A stretch of 64,000 nt of DNA from a virus. The notes beneath the pieces were generated by a model that was not told the DNA's origin, searched no databases, and worked only from the letters and a program-made list of their open reading frames with translations. The DNA is taken from IMG/VR virus record IMGVR_UViG_3300012954_000007, one strand, 5' to 3'. Shown here piece by piece: positions 39,373 to 48,675 of this stretch; the stretch's first letter is position 1, and the number at the start of each line of letters is the position of its first letter. The position numbers and the translations under genes were made by a program.

Positions 39373-40296
39373 ATGGAAGACTACAATCTCATAATTGAAA
39401 TATTAGAAGACATTTTAGGTGATTCACAAAGACATCACCCAGGAAAAGGACAAATTGCTTTTGATTGTCCCGTATGTTCGTATGATATAAAAGGACTAGA
39501 TTGTGGAGACGGCAAATCTAACCTAGAAGTGAACTATCACATGGGGGTATATAAATGTTGGTCCTGTGCTGAAACCCACTACACCAAGGGTAGATTAGGT
39601 AAGTTAATTAAAAAATGGGGTACCCCCACACACCTAAGAGATTTTGAATTATTAAGTCCAGAAGATTTCCATTATAAAAACACCAAATACAATAGTAAAT
39701 TAAAATTACCTATAGGTTACTCACCACTTACTGATGTTTCACCACACGATTTAAATGCTAAACAAGTTTGGAACTATCTTAGAAAAAGAAATATTAGTAA
39801 ACAAATTGTAGAAAAATATAAGATTGGATTTACTACAGAAGGTGAGTATAAATTTAGAGTAATCGTCCCTTCTTATAATATTAAAGACGAACTACAATTT
39901 TTTATAGCTAGAAGTTATGTTAATAGTAAATTAAAATATAAAAATCCTGAACAAGAAAAAAGTAACTTAATATTTAATGAAGGACATATTGATTGGTGTA
40001 AAGACATTTATTTAGTTGAAGGTGTATTTGATATGTTTTTTGTTGAAAATAGTATACCATTATTAGGTAAAGTGGTTTCCGACAATCTATGGCAAAGATT
40101 ATATGAAGAGTCTAAAGCAAATATTATAATTTGTTTGGATGGTGACGCTTGGGATGATGCGGTAAAACTTTACGAAAAAATAAACGGAGGAAAACTCAGA
40201 GGTAGAATAAAAATAGTTAAACTACCAGATAATAGGGATATAGCCGATTTAAAAGGGGAAATAAATCCTGATAATATATTAGAATTACATAAATAA
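39373..40296 (+). CDS. DNA primase (zinc-binding domain + TOPRIM)
   Basis: CPVC...CWSC zinc finger, YLRKRNI, KYKNP, LVEGVFD and CLDGDA. Confidence 0.9.
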   Translation: MEDYNLIIEILEDILGDSQRHHPGKGQIAFDCPVCSYDIKGLDCGDGKSNLEVNYHMGVYKCWSCAETHYTKGRLGKLIKKWGTPTHLRDFELLSPEDFHYKNTKYNSKLKLPIGYSPLTDVSPHDLNAKQVWNYLRKRNISKQIVEKYKIGFTTEGEYKFRVIVPSYNIKDELQFFIARSYVNSKLKYKNPEQEKSNLIFNEGHIDWCKDIYLVEGVFDMFFVENSIPLLGKVVSDNLWQRLYEESKANIIICLDGDAWDDAVKLYEKINGGKLRGRIKIVKLPDNRDIADLKGEINPDNILELHK

Positions 40297-40297
40297 T

Positions 40298-41074
40298 ATG
40301 GATATAAGTGTAGAATTAAGTGTGTTTAATAACATAAAATATTTTGACGAACCACACAAATATTATATAGATGGGGAGGAAATGAATTCTGTGACAAGAG
40401 TCATAGGAATGTTTAAACAAAAATTTGACAGTGACTATTGGTCAGAAAAAAAAGCAAAAGAAAGAGGTATAGCTAAAGATGAAATCTTAGCTGAATGGAA
40501 ATATAAGGCAGATTATTCCTGTGAAAAAGGTACTTTATTTCACGAATATGCAGAAAATTATTTAAACAATAAAGTATTCCCATACGATAACACACGTATT
40601 AAAAAATTATTAGGGGAAGGAGAAACAGACGTTAAAAAAGATTTTGATAAAATCAAAGACATGTTCCATAAGTTTTATGAAGACTGTTATGGGAAACTCA
40701 TACCGATTAAATCAGAAGTTATTGTTGGAGACGAAGGATTTAAAATATGTGGGATGGTCGACCAGTTATTCTGGAATAATAAAGCTGACGAATTACAAAT
40801 TTGGGATTGGAAAACTAATAAAGAGATTAAGAGGAATAATAGATGGCAACAATTTAAAGAACCAATATCACATTTAGATGTCTGTGAATTTAACACTTAT
40901 TCACTACAATTATCCTTATACAAATATTTGATAGAAAAAAATACTAATCTAAAACTAGGGGATTCCTATATAGTATGGTTTAATGAAAAAAATGAAACAT
41001 ACGAACCGATAAAGTGTAGAGATTATAGAGAAGAAGTTGTATCATTAATAGAAGAATTTAACAAAACATTATGA
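40298..41074 (+). CDS. PD-(D/E)XK family exonuclease
   Basis: SVTRVI, GTLFHEYAE, SE, GMVD, IWDWKT and YSLQLSLY. Confidence 0.88.
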   Translation: MDISVELSVFNNIKYFDEPHKYYIDGEEMNSVTRVIGMFKQKFDSDYWSEKKAKERGIAKDEILAEWKYKADYSCEKGTLFHEYAENYLNNKVFPYDNTRIKKLLGEGETDVKKDFDKIKDMFHKFYEDCYGKLIPIKSEVIVGDEGFKICGMVDQLFWNNKADELQIWDWKTNKEIKRNNRWQQFKEPISHLDVCEFNTYSLQLSLYKYLIEKNTNLKLGDSYIVWFNEKNETYEPIKCRDYREEVVSLIEEFNKTL

Positions 41075-41853
41075 TTGAAAAAATAATACATTTTTCTGAC
41101 TTACACATAAAGTTATATAAAGACCACCAACAGTATCAAGAGATACTATCTCACTGCTTTAAAGAGTGGGCAGATTTAAAACCTGACCGTATAGTTTTTA
41201 CAGGAGATTTAGTACACTCTAAAAATCAAATGACCCCAGAGTTAATTAATATGGTTACCTGGGTTCTTTCTCAATGTAGTGTCATTTGCCCCACGATAAT
41301 ATTGATAGGAAATCACGATTTTCTTGAAAATAATTTAGATAGGGTAGACGCTATTTCACCTATTATTAACACTATGGATAATCCAGATATTATGTATTTT
41401 AAGTCACCAGGGGTAGAAGAAGATGAGAATATAAATTGGATTGTATACTCCCTTATGGACCACAACAAAAGACCTGATTTTAATCCAGACCCAGATAAAG
41501 TAAATATAGGTTTATTTCATGGACCTATACAAGGATTAGTCACTGATATGGGATTTGCTTTTGATGATGGCTATAACACTAACGAATTTAGAGGTTGTGA
41601 CCTAGTACTAGCGGGTGATATACACAAACACCAAGTGTTGGATATCCCCAACGGTAAAAAAGCATATATGGTTGGGTCCTTAATCCAACAAAATTTCGGA
41701 GAAAACGTACGCAAACACGGATATGGAATTTATGACGTTAAAGAAGATGAATATAAATTCATTGAAGTAAGTAACTCCTCACCCTATTTAAATTTTAAAA
41801 TAAAAGATATAACTGACATTGAGAATGGAAAAGAAAAACTCACCAACTTCTAA
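41071..41853 (+). CDS. Mre11/SbcD/gp47-like metallophosphoesterase nuclease
   Basis: SDLH, TGDLVH, GNHD, FHG and AGDIHKHQ. Confidence 0.9.
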   Translation: MIEKIIHFSDLHIKLYKDHQQYQEILSHCFKEWADLKPDRIVFTGDLVHSKNQMTPELINMVTWVLSQCSVICPTIILIGNHDFLENNLDRVDAISPIINTMDNPDIMYFKSPGVEEDENINWIVYSLMDHNKRPDFNPDPDKVNIGLFHGPIQGLVTDMGFAFDDGYNTNEFRGCDLVLAGDIHKHQVLDIPNGKKAYMVGSLIQQNFGENVRKHGYGIYDVKEDEYKFIEVSNSSPYLNFKIKDITDIENGKEKLTNF

Positions 41854-42379
41854 TATCCCTAAAGACTTATTAAAAGAAATAGAAATGTTTTGTGTTCTAA
41901 ACAAAATAAATAACCCTAATGAATTTTTACTTGGGTGTTTAAAAGGGGGTTTCGCGATTGAAAAATTTGGGAGGACACCTATAAAAGCAGGTAAAGAAAT
42001 TGTAGAAAAAAAAGTGGAAAAAGAAGTGATTAAAGAGGTCGAAAAAATAATAGAGGTAGAAAAAGAAGTAATTAAGGAAGTACCAGTAGAAGTGGAAAAA
42101 ATAGTAACTAAAACTGAGTATATTACTGATGACACTGAAATTAAGAATCTTCTTAGTAAGATAAGAAAATTAGAAGAGGAGTTAAAAATAAAACCTAAAG
42201 AGGTTACAATAAAAGTAGAAGACAAAACTCAAATAAACACTTTACAAAAAGAAATAAAAACCTTAAAAGATAAGGTAGAAGAATACGAGGATGTGTTAAA
42301 TCATTTTAGACGATTTAGTGGTAGTAAAGCCACTCATCTTAAATCTTCTAGATTAGACGATAACTTATATAAAGATTAA
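41825..42379 (+). CDS. Hypothetical protein with EKEVIKEV repeats and coiled coil
   Basis: ATG at 41825; VEKEVIKEVEKIIEVEKEVIKEVPVEVEK low-complexity repeat. Confidence 0.7.
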   Translation: MEKKNSPTSNIPKDLLKEIEMFCVLNKINNPNEFLLGCLKGGFAIEKFGRTPIKAGKEIVEKKVEKEVIKEVEKIIEVEKEVIKEVPVEVEKIVTKTEYITDDTEIKNLLSKIRKLEEELKIKPKEVTIKVEDKTQINTLQKEIKTLKDKVEEYEDVLNHFRRFSGSKATHLKSSRLDDNLYKD

Positions 42380-42383
42380 AAAA

Positions 42384-42701
42384 ATGGAATTATTAATTTG
42401 GCTATTAGCAGCGTACGGAATGTCTCAGATATTAGTATATGGGAGTATTTTTGACACACCAAGAGATTGGATAACAAAAAAATCTAAATTTTTTGGAGAC
42501 TTACTAGGATGTATGATGTGTACATCTACTTGGGTAGGGTTCTTCTTCTCTTTAGTACTTTGGTCACCAACACTACAGTTTGATTTGTGTTTACCTTATA
42601 CTAACATATTCTTTGATGGGATGTTAGCTAGTGGAGGTGTTTGGGCAATCAACGCTATAGTAGAATGGTTTGAACAAAATCGTCCAGAAAAAGAAGACTA
42701 G
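42384..42701 (+). CDS. Small membrane protein, DUF1360-like
   Basis: Hydrophobic helices; SIFDTPR...LLGCMMCTSTWVG CxxC motif. Confidence 0.65.
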   Translation: MELLIWLLAAYGMSQILVYGSIFDTPRDWITKKSKFFGDLLGCMMCTSTWVGFFFSLVLWSPTLQFDLCLPYTNIFFDGMLASGGVWAINAIVEWFEQNRPEKED

Positions 42702-42705
42702 TATT

Positions 42706-45027
42706 ATGGTAAATAAAAACGAGTTAGTTAATCCTTTTATAAAGGTAATATGGGAGGATACCCCAGAAAATTTTACCCAAGAAAAAATTAAAAGACTCAA
42801 GAGTTACTTTAAGAAAAAGTACAATTCTGAGAGAGTCAATGTTCTAACTAGGGTAACAGGTATAAATGCACCTAATAGTCCCCAGGAAGTCACCGAAAAC
42901 GTCATAGACAAAGAGTACCAAAAGAAATTAGTAAAAGAATTCTTAAAAGAACAAGATGTTACCATTGATTGGGATAAATTTGTTAGACTTGACAATAGAG
43001 TGGAGTCAAATATTCAAGAAGAAGATAATACAGCTAATAAAAAATGGTTTGTAAAATGGATTGAGTTCAGTAATTTTTTATCTTTCGGTGAAGATAATAA
43101 AATAGATTTTACTAAGTATCCTGGTATTACAGCAATTGATTCTAACCCAGCTAATTTTGGTGGTAAAACTACTTTAACCGTTGACCTCCTATTATTTTTA
43201 TTTTTTAATGTTACTACTAAATCTTCAAAAGCTATTGAAGTTTTTAATAGGTTTACTGATAAAAATAGAGTCTTAGTTTGTGGAGAAGTAGAAATTGATG
43301 GTGATAGTTTTATTATAGAGAGAGGAGTAATACGTAGACAAACAAAAAAAGGTGACTGGTCAGTAAGGACAGAATTAAATCTAAGTAAAAGATTAAGTGA
43401 TGGTTCTCTACAAAACCTACAAGGAGAACAAAGAAGAGAAACAGAAGAGTTTTTAAAAAATTCAATAGGTACTATGGACGATTTTCTACTTACTATTTTA
43501 ACTACCGCTAATAATCTTGAAAATTTACTAGAAGCCAAACCAACTCAAAGAGGACAAATACTCACTAGATTTATTGGTTTAGAAAAATTAAAAAAGAAAG
43601 AACAAAACTGTAAAGAAATTTATACTGAATGGAGTAAAAAAATTATTTCCAATCACTATAATATTAATGATTTAACCACAGATATTGAAAATTTAAAAGA
43701 AGAGATTGTAGAGTTAAAAAATAATAATCACACATCAAATAAAGAAATAGAAACTTTAGAAGAAAGAAACAAAGCAGGTATTGAATACAAAGAGAAATTA
43801 ATATCTTCACAACACAACGACATTAACCCTGACCTTGTTAAGGTTAATCCAGAAACCTTAAGAGAAGAAATAGAAAAAGTAATAGAAGAAGGTGATGTAT
43901 TAAAAGACAAATTAAACTTAATTACTTTGGTAAAACCTGAAACACCGTATGAGGAAGAAGAACATAAAACTTTAATTAAAGAAAACAAAACTTTAACTAG
44001 TGATGATTTAGAAATTAAATCAGAAATAAAAAATATAACTAAATTAATTAAGAATTTAGAAGAAGGTGAGACATGTTCTTTATGTAAACAACCTTTAAAG
44101 GATGTTGATAATACCCAAGAAATCAAACATAACCAACAAAAACTTAAAGACTTTAATCAAAAACTAAGTGAACTGACTGAAAAACTAACAGAGAGTGAAA
44201 AGGTTATTGATGAACATGAAAATATTAAAAGTAGTTGGTCCGAGTATGATAAAGAGTCTTTAAAAAAGATAAAAGTAGAATTAGATATTAAAGAGAATAA
44301 CATATCCCAAAAAGAAAAAACAATTCTACTTAAAGAATGGGAAACCAATAAAAATAAATTGGAAGAAAATAGGGAGATAGAAAAGAAGTTAGTTTCAGCA
44401 AGAACTCTAATAGAAACTATAACTGCGGAAAGAGACCAACTTAAAAGCCAAATAACTTCCAACACTTCTACTATTAAACAGAAAGAAGAAGAAATAGTTG
44501 ATAAGACTACTAAGATTACTGAAATTAAAAAAGAAGAAGAAGTAGATAAAATATTTAAATCCTATCTAATAGCTTATGGTAAGAATGGCATATCTAAATT
44601 AATTTTAAAGAATACTATACCATATCTTAACAGTGAGTTAAATAGATTATTATCCGATAGTTGTGAGTTTACATTACAACTTAGAATTAATGATAAAAAT
44701 GAACTAGAGTTTTGGATGGTGGACAATGGAACTGGAGTAGAAAAGTTAATGTCTACAGGGAGTGGATATGAAAAGACTATAGCTTCACTAGCATTACGTG
44801 CTGTATTATCTAAAGTATGTGCGTTACCTAAACCTAATATAGTTTGTTTTGACGAAGCGTTTGGTAAGGTAAGTGACGAGAACTTAGAACTAGTTGGTAG
44901 GTTCTTTACAAAGATTAAAGATTACTTTGAAAGAATATTTGTAATCTCTCATAATCCACTAGTCAAAGAATGGTGTGACCAGACAATTACAGTGAAAAAA
45001 GATAACAATGTTTCCAAGATAACATAA
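42706..45027 (+). CDS. Rad50/SbcC/gp46-like SMC ATPase
   Basis: NFLSFG, NFGGKTT (Walker A), long coiled coils with a CSLC zinc hook, SGYE signature, CFDEAFG (Walker B) and ISH; ATG at 42706 preferred. Confidence 0.92.
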   Translation: MVNKNELVNPFIKVIWEDTPENFTQEKIKRLKSYFKKKYNSERVNVLTRVTGINAPNSPQEVTENVIDKEYQKKLVKEFLKEQDVTIDWDKFVRLDNRVESNIQEEDNTANKKWFVKWIEFSNFLSFGEDNKIDFTKYPGITAIDSNPANFGGKTTLTVDLLLFLFFNVTTKSSKAIEVFNRFTDKNRVLVCGEVEIDGDSFIIERGVIRRQTKKGDWSVRTELNLSKRLSDGSLQNLQGEQRRETEEFLKNSIGTMDDFLLTILTTANNLENLLEAKPTQRGQILTRFIGLEKLKKKEQNCKEIYTEWSKKIISNHYNINDLTTDIENLKEEIVELKNNNHTSNKEIETLEERNKAGIEYKEKLISSQHNDINPDLVKVNPETLREEIEKVIEEGDVLKDKLNLITLVKPETPYEEEEHKTLIKENKTLTSDDLEIKSEIKNITKLIKNLEEGETCSLCKQPLKDVDNTQEIKHNQQKLKDFNQKLSELTEKLTESEKVIDEHENIKSSWSEYDKESLKKIKVELDIKENNISQKEKTILLKEWETNKNKLEENREIEKKLVSARTLIETITAERDQLKSQITSNTSTIKQKEEEIVDKTTKITEIKKEEEVDKIFKSYLIAYGKNGISKLILKNTIPYLNSELNRLLSDSCEFTLQLRINDKNELEFWMVDNGTGVEKLMSTGSGYEKTIASLALRAVLSKVCALPKPNIVCFDEAFGKVSDENLELVGRFFTKIKDYFERIFVISHNPLVKEWCDQTITVKKDNNVSKIT

Positions 45028-45034
45028 AATTAAT

Positions 45035-45065
45035 TTTGTAGTTTCAATAATATTCCTTATATTTG
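45035..45065 (+). promoter_or_regulatory. Bacteroidota-type housekeeping promoter TTTG-N19-TATATTTG
   Basis: TTTG at 45035-38 and TATATTTG at 45058-65 match the -33/-7 consensus. Confidence 0.7.
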
Positions 45066-45085
45066 TAGTATACAAAAAGAGAAAT

Positions 45086-45625
45086 ATGAACATCATCGAA
45101 ACTACAACACAAAAAGATTATTACGGAAACGACATCACTAAAAAGAAAATCAAAGATGGTTTCTTTAAAGACTCATATGTCATTTCAACATCACAAAGTG
45201 AGTTAGCAAAATCAGAAAAAAATGATTGTGTGGTAAGAGCATTCATGATGGCTTTAGATTTACCATACGACAAAGCACATAAGTTTGTTGAAACTAAACT
45301 TAAACGTCAACCACGTAAAGGAACTTACACTCGTAGTTACATTAAAAACATTTTGGGTAGACAAAAGAATGGTTACAAAATGAGACTGATGGGTTTCCAC
45401 CCTAAGTACCAACGAATGGGTGAGAAAAAATTAGTTAATCCTAAGTATAAGAAAGAGACTGGTTATACTGTAAAGTCATTTATGGAACAACACCCTACAG
45501 GTCGTTACTTTATGATTGTCAGAGGACATGCAGTAGCTTTGGTAGACGGAGTTCTTTATGGAAATTCTTGTGAACAATATGACGGATTTCGTCGACCAGT
45601 AAGATATGTTATTGAGTGTAAATAA
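45086..45625 (+). CDS. Hypothetical protein with NDCVVRA...GHAVA..DG (Cys/His, possible papain-like fold)
   Basis: Conserved-looking Cys and His motifs; the gene has its own promoter. Confidence 0.65.
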   Translation: MNIIETTTQKDYYGNDITKKKIKDGFFKDSYVISTSQSELAKSEKNDCVVRAFMMALDLPYDKAHKFVETKLKRQPRKGTYTRSYIKNILGRQKNGYKMRLMGFHPKYQRMGEKKLVNPKYKKETGYTVKSFMEQHPTGRYFMIVRGHAVALVDGVLYGNSCEQYDGFRRPVRYVIECK

Positions 45626-45982
45626 TTAGAAGTCCATATTATCGAATGGTTCCATAAGATTACCACGATTCTTAAATCCTACACCACCCACATAAGTTTC
45701 CATGTTGTTCATTTTTCTTCTTTCGTAGTCTAGAACTGCTAAAGCTAACTTCCTATCATATTCCTTATCATCTGTTTCAGGGACTACACCATCATAATAG
45801 ATGGAACCTCTAAAACTTCTTCCAGGACCACGAAAATCCATTACCTCATCATAATCAGAATCAGACAATTCAAATTCAACATCATCTACAGGAAGTCTGT
45901 TATCCATTTCTTCCTCTTGTTCGTTAATTACTTTGTTTAACGCTTTCTTAATATCTCTTTCTGTAATTCTAATTTTACTCAT
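45626..45982 (-). CDS. Hypothetical acidic protein, possible internal head protein
   Basis: Start reassigned to ATG 45982 (MSKIRITERDIKKALNKVINE) with TATTTATA just upstream. The TTG start at 46039 lies inside a terminator. Confidence 0.7.
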   Translation of the reverse strand: MSKIRITERDIKKALNKVINEQEEEMDNRLPVDDVEFELSDSDYDEVMDFRGPGRSFRGSIYYDGVVPETDDKEYDRKLALAVLDYERRKMNNMETYVGGVGFKNRGNLMEPFDNMDF

Positions 45983-46016
45983 GGTATTCTTTTTAATATA
46001 AATATAAACAAGGTTA

Positions 46017-46048
46017 AATAAAAAAAGGGAATCTTTCAATCCCCTTTT
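46017..46048 (-). terminator. Rho-independent terminator
   Basis: Minus strand reads AAAAGGGGAT-TGAAAG-ATTCCCTTTT-TT-TATTT, just after the Cys-rich mini-ORF. Confidence 0.75.
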
Positions 46049-46065
46049 AATTAATTATTTAGTTT

Positions 46066-46128
46066 TTAACAATTGCAACAAGTACATTCACATTTGGTAG
46101 TACAGTTACATTTTTCACAATCACACAT
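46066..46128 (-). CDS. Metallothionein-like 20-aa peptide MCDCEKCNCTTKCECTCCNC (not in ORF track)
   Basis: Translated by hand: 9 of 20 residues are Cys in CxC/CC clusters. The ATG is 15 nt after the stop of the upstream gene, behind an A-rich leader, and a terminator follows. Confidence 0.75.
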   Translation of the reverse strand: MCDCEKCNCTTKCECTCCNC

Positions 46129-46143
46129 AATATTATTTTTTTT

Positions 46144-48012
46144 TTATTTACCTTTACAACCGAAGTTATTAGCGAAATTTGCCATTTTAACTACGGAAGC
46201 TGAGTATTTAGTTTTATTTTCTACTACTTCTTCAGCCGCTTTACAAACAGACTTACCTTTCATGTTTTTTTTTACCCACTTCGTAAATTTATCTTTGTTT
46301 TTAGGGTCAATCTCTATATCAGAATTTTTTTTTTCGTTAAGAACTCTGTCCACTATTTTGTAAAGGTCACCCTCACTAAGTTTGATTACGTTTTTATTAG
46401 ATTTTCTTCTAGGGTTTCTAGATTCAGCTAATTCTTCTCTATCATCTTTTTCTAAATTTCCTATTAGTTTAAGTAGTTCTGCTTTACTCATATCTTTTAC
46501 ATCACCTCTAAATCCTCTAGAAAGGTCTTTTGAACTGGAAGCATATTTTCCAGTATCTGAACCTCCGAAAGGATTGTAAGCTTTTGTAGATGTACCAAAT
46601 TTTAATCCACCTTTACTAAAACCTCTTCTCCCAAAAGAAGGTGCTTCATAAGAACCTCTTTTAGTTGAGGATTTTCTACTTTGTACTGATTTTGTTGATG
46701 GAGAACTCTTGGGAGCACTTGCACCAAATCCTGTAGGTAATTCACCACCGTAGTTAAATAATACATATGTGCCCTCAACTCCAGAAGCTTCTAGTGCTTC
46801 GAATTTATATGTTGAAATTTCTGGTTTAGGGTCTGTAAATGAATCCTTTAAAGATTTTTCAAATGCTTTAGCTTCCTTTACTCCTTTAAGTAAAGCTAAT
46901 TCATATTTTCCAGACTTTACTATTTGGTATTGGATTGATTTACCATCTATGTCAGCTTCTTTAATACTTGAAGGTTTTAAGTTGTAGTTAGTTTTACCTA
47001 TTGTAATATTTAAATCTGTACTAAAACCAGTTTCTGAGTCAAATGAATGAGGACCTAGTTCAGGAGAGTCAGATAAAGTTGTTTCTGCAGTAAATTGTCC
47101 TTTTTCTGGTGGGGTTTCTTTTCCACCTTTTTCTTTTTCACCTTTTTCTTTTTCACCGCCTTTTTCTTCTGATGGGTCTCCTTCTCCGCCTTTTTCTTTT
47201 TCTCCGCCTTTTTCTTTTTCACCGCCTTTTTCTTCACCTCCGCCTTTTTCTTCACCACCGGATTCTTCACCACCGGATTCTTCACCTCCGCCTTCTTTTC
47301 CGCCTCCTTCTTTTCCGCCGCCTTCGCCGCCTCCTTCACCACCTTCTCCTTTTTCTTGTTCGGTGAGTAGTTTAACGTCGTTGTAAGACATTCCTTCTTC
47401 AAACAGAATCATCTGTTTGATTCGGTCTATTTGTTCTTGAATAGTAGATTCCATAGTATTTTCATTTTCTTTATAAATATGTTTATATTCTTCTTTTACA
47501 GTATAAATATCATTATTACTTGCAGTAGGTGCGGTATAGGTATTTAACTTAGGCCGTTCCTTACCTTTACCGACTAAATGACCTGAGTCATGTTTGTCGA
47601 TATCCACATCACCAAATACATCATAATTATCACTATCGGTATTATTATTTTTAGTATGAGGTACCTTATCTTCAGGATGTGTTACCCCATGAATTTCAAC
47701 ATGGTCATCACCTTTATGTTCATCATCAGGATTTAAATAGTCTGGTTCTGGGTGTAAAGGTCGTTTATTAGTTTCACTATCATTAAAATTATTACTATCA
47801 AACCAAGCAGAACCTTCAAATGAAGGATTATCATTTTTTAATCTTGACGGTCCTTTATCTATTCCTTCTTCTGGCCATCCAGAGGAAGGGTCCATTTCAG
47901 GGGTATTTACAGGATGAATTCTATGTTTTGTAAAATCATTTTTTTTCACACCTTTTTTAATGGTCTTTTTAGAATCATCTAAAGCTTCGTTAAATCTATA
48001 CGTAATTTTCAT
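46144..48012 (-). CDS. Low-complexity multi-segment protein, possible internal head protein (probable second in-frame start at 47454)
   Basis: Asp/His/Pro-rich N-terminal part; GGEKEK repeats; IQEQIDRIKQM and IKLSEGDLYKIVDRVLNE motifs. Confidence 0.75.
   Translation of the reverse strand: MKITYRFNEALDDSKKTIKKGVKKNDFTKHRIHPVNTPEMDPSSGWPEEGIDKGPSRLKNDNPSFEGSAWFDSNNFNDSETNKRPLHPEPDYLNPDDEHKGDDHVEIHGVTHPEDKVPHTKNNNTDSDNYDVFGDVDIDKHDSGHLVGKGKERPKLNTYTAPTASNNDIYTVKEEYKHIYKENENTMESTIQEQIDRIKQMILFEEGMSYNDVKLLTEQEKGEGGEGGGEGGGKEGGGKEGGGEESGGEESGGEEKGGGEEKGGEKEKGGEKEKGGEGDPSEEKGGEKEKGEKEKGGKETPPEKGQFTAETTLSDSPELGPHSFDSETGFSTDLNITIGKTNYNLKPSSIKEADIDGKSIQYQIVKSGKYELALLKGVKEAKAFEKSLKDSFTDPKPEISTYKFEALEASGVEGTYVLFNYGGELPTGFGASAPKSSPSTKSVQSRKSSTKRGSYEAPSFGRRGFSKGGLKFGTSTKAYNPFGGSDTGKYASSSKDLSRGFRGDVKDMSKAELLKLIGNLEKDDREELAESRNPRRKSNKNVIKLSEGDLYKIVDRVLNEKKNSDIEIDPKNKDKFTKWVKKNMKGKSVCKAAEEVVENKTKYSASVVKMANFANNFGCKGK
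47110..47352 (-). repeat. Degenerate Gly/Glu/Lys coding microrepeat (GGEES, GGKEG, GGEKEK)
   Basis: Repeated ccgcctttttct(ttt)tc and caccaccggattctt units on the plus strand. Confidence 0.85.
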
Positions 48013-48019
48013 CGATTAT

Positions 48020-48050
48020 TTTGTTTATTAAATAAATATTACTATATTTG
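48020..48050 (+). promoter_or_regulatory. Bacteroidota-type promoter TTTG-N19-TATATTTG
   Basis: TTTG at 48020-23 and TATATTTG at 48043-50, in a divergent intergenic region. Confidence 0.6.
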
Positions 48051-48071
48051 TTAAATAAAATATTTATAGTT

Positions 48072-48626
48072 ATGAAGAGAAAGAAAAATTATTTTTTGTT
48101 TATTGTGGGTAACTTTAGTAACCCTTCTACCGTAAATAGTAATGTTACAGACATTATACACACTTTAACAATGTTACTAAATGAAAGTACTTTGAGATAT
48201 ATTCACCATGATAATTTAATGGTTTGTCATTTCCAGAGTTATGAAACCTTGGAAGAAATAGACTGGATGCTTACTAATACTTTTAATGAAGAGGTTATAT
48301 CTTACTTTTTATTACCTAAACCAAGACAAATGGGGGTAAGATTAGATAAAGACTTGGAAAAACATTTAACTGACTTGAAATCAAAACCCAACTTAGACAA
48401 ACCCGTTATAGATGAAAATGTAGGGGAAGGATTTAAACATATAGGTGAAATATTTGCTTCAATGAAAGAAGATATGGAAATTATTTTTAAATTACCTGAT
48501 AATAAATCAGAAATACCTTTAGTTACATATACTGTAGATAATATTTTAGACAAAATAAGTGAAACAGGAATAGACTCCTTAACTTTAGAAGAAAAAAACT
48601 TTTTAGACCAAGAAAGTAAAAGATGA
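48072..48626 (+). CDS. Hypothetical protein (C-terminal 'VDNILDKISETGIDSLT..EK.FL', DUF6576-like)
   Basis: ATG at 48072 preferred over TTG at 48048. Confidence 0.7.
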   Translation: MKRKKNYFLFIVGNFSNPSTVNSNVTDIIHTLTMLLNESTLRYIHHDNLMVCHFQSYETLEEIDWMLTNTFNEEVISYFLLPKPRQMGVRLDKDLEKHLTDLKSKPNLDKPVIDENVGEGFKHIGEIFASMKEDMEIIFKLPDNKSEIPLVTYTVDNILDKISETGIDSLTLEEKNFLDQESKR

Positions 48627-48675
48627 CAGGTTATCTGACAAAATGTCAGTAAAAATATCGTGGTACACAAATTGA
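48624..48675 (+). promoter_or_regulatory. Palindromic site CTGACA-AAA-TGTCAG plus a sigma54-like -24/-12 element (TGGTAC-N5-TTGA)
   Basis: Perfect inverted repeat at 48635-48649, an extra TGACA at 48624, and GG-N10-GA spacing at 48662-48675. Confidence 0.5.

Noticed and set aside
46073-46363. Plus-strand 96-aa ORF
   Set aside because: TTG start, antisense to the 622-aa gene and the Cys peptide, and it reads through a poly-T intergenic tract.
47055-47402. Alternative-frame ORF resembling histone H1 (KKAEKKKAVKK), and the antisense FLFHR ORF 47109..47366
   Set aside because: Both are frame shadows of the GGEKEK repeat in the 622-aa gene, with no independent leader.
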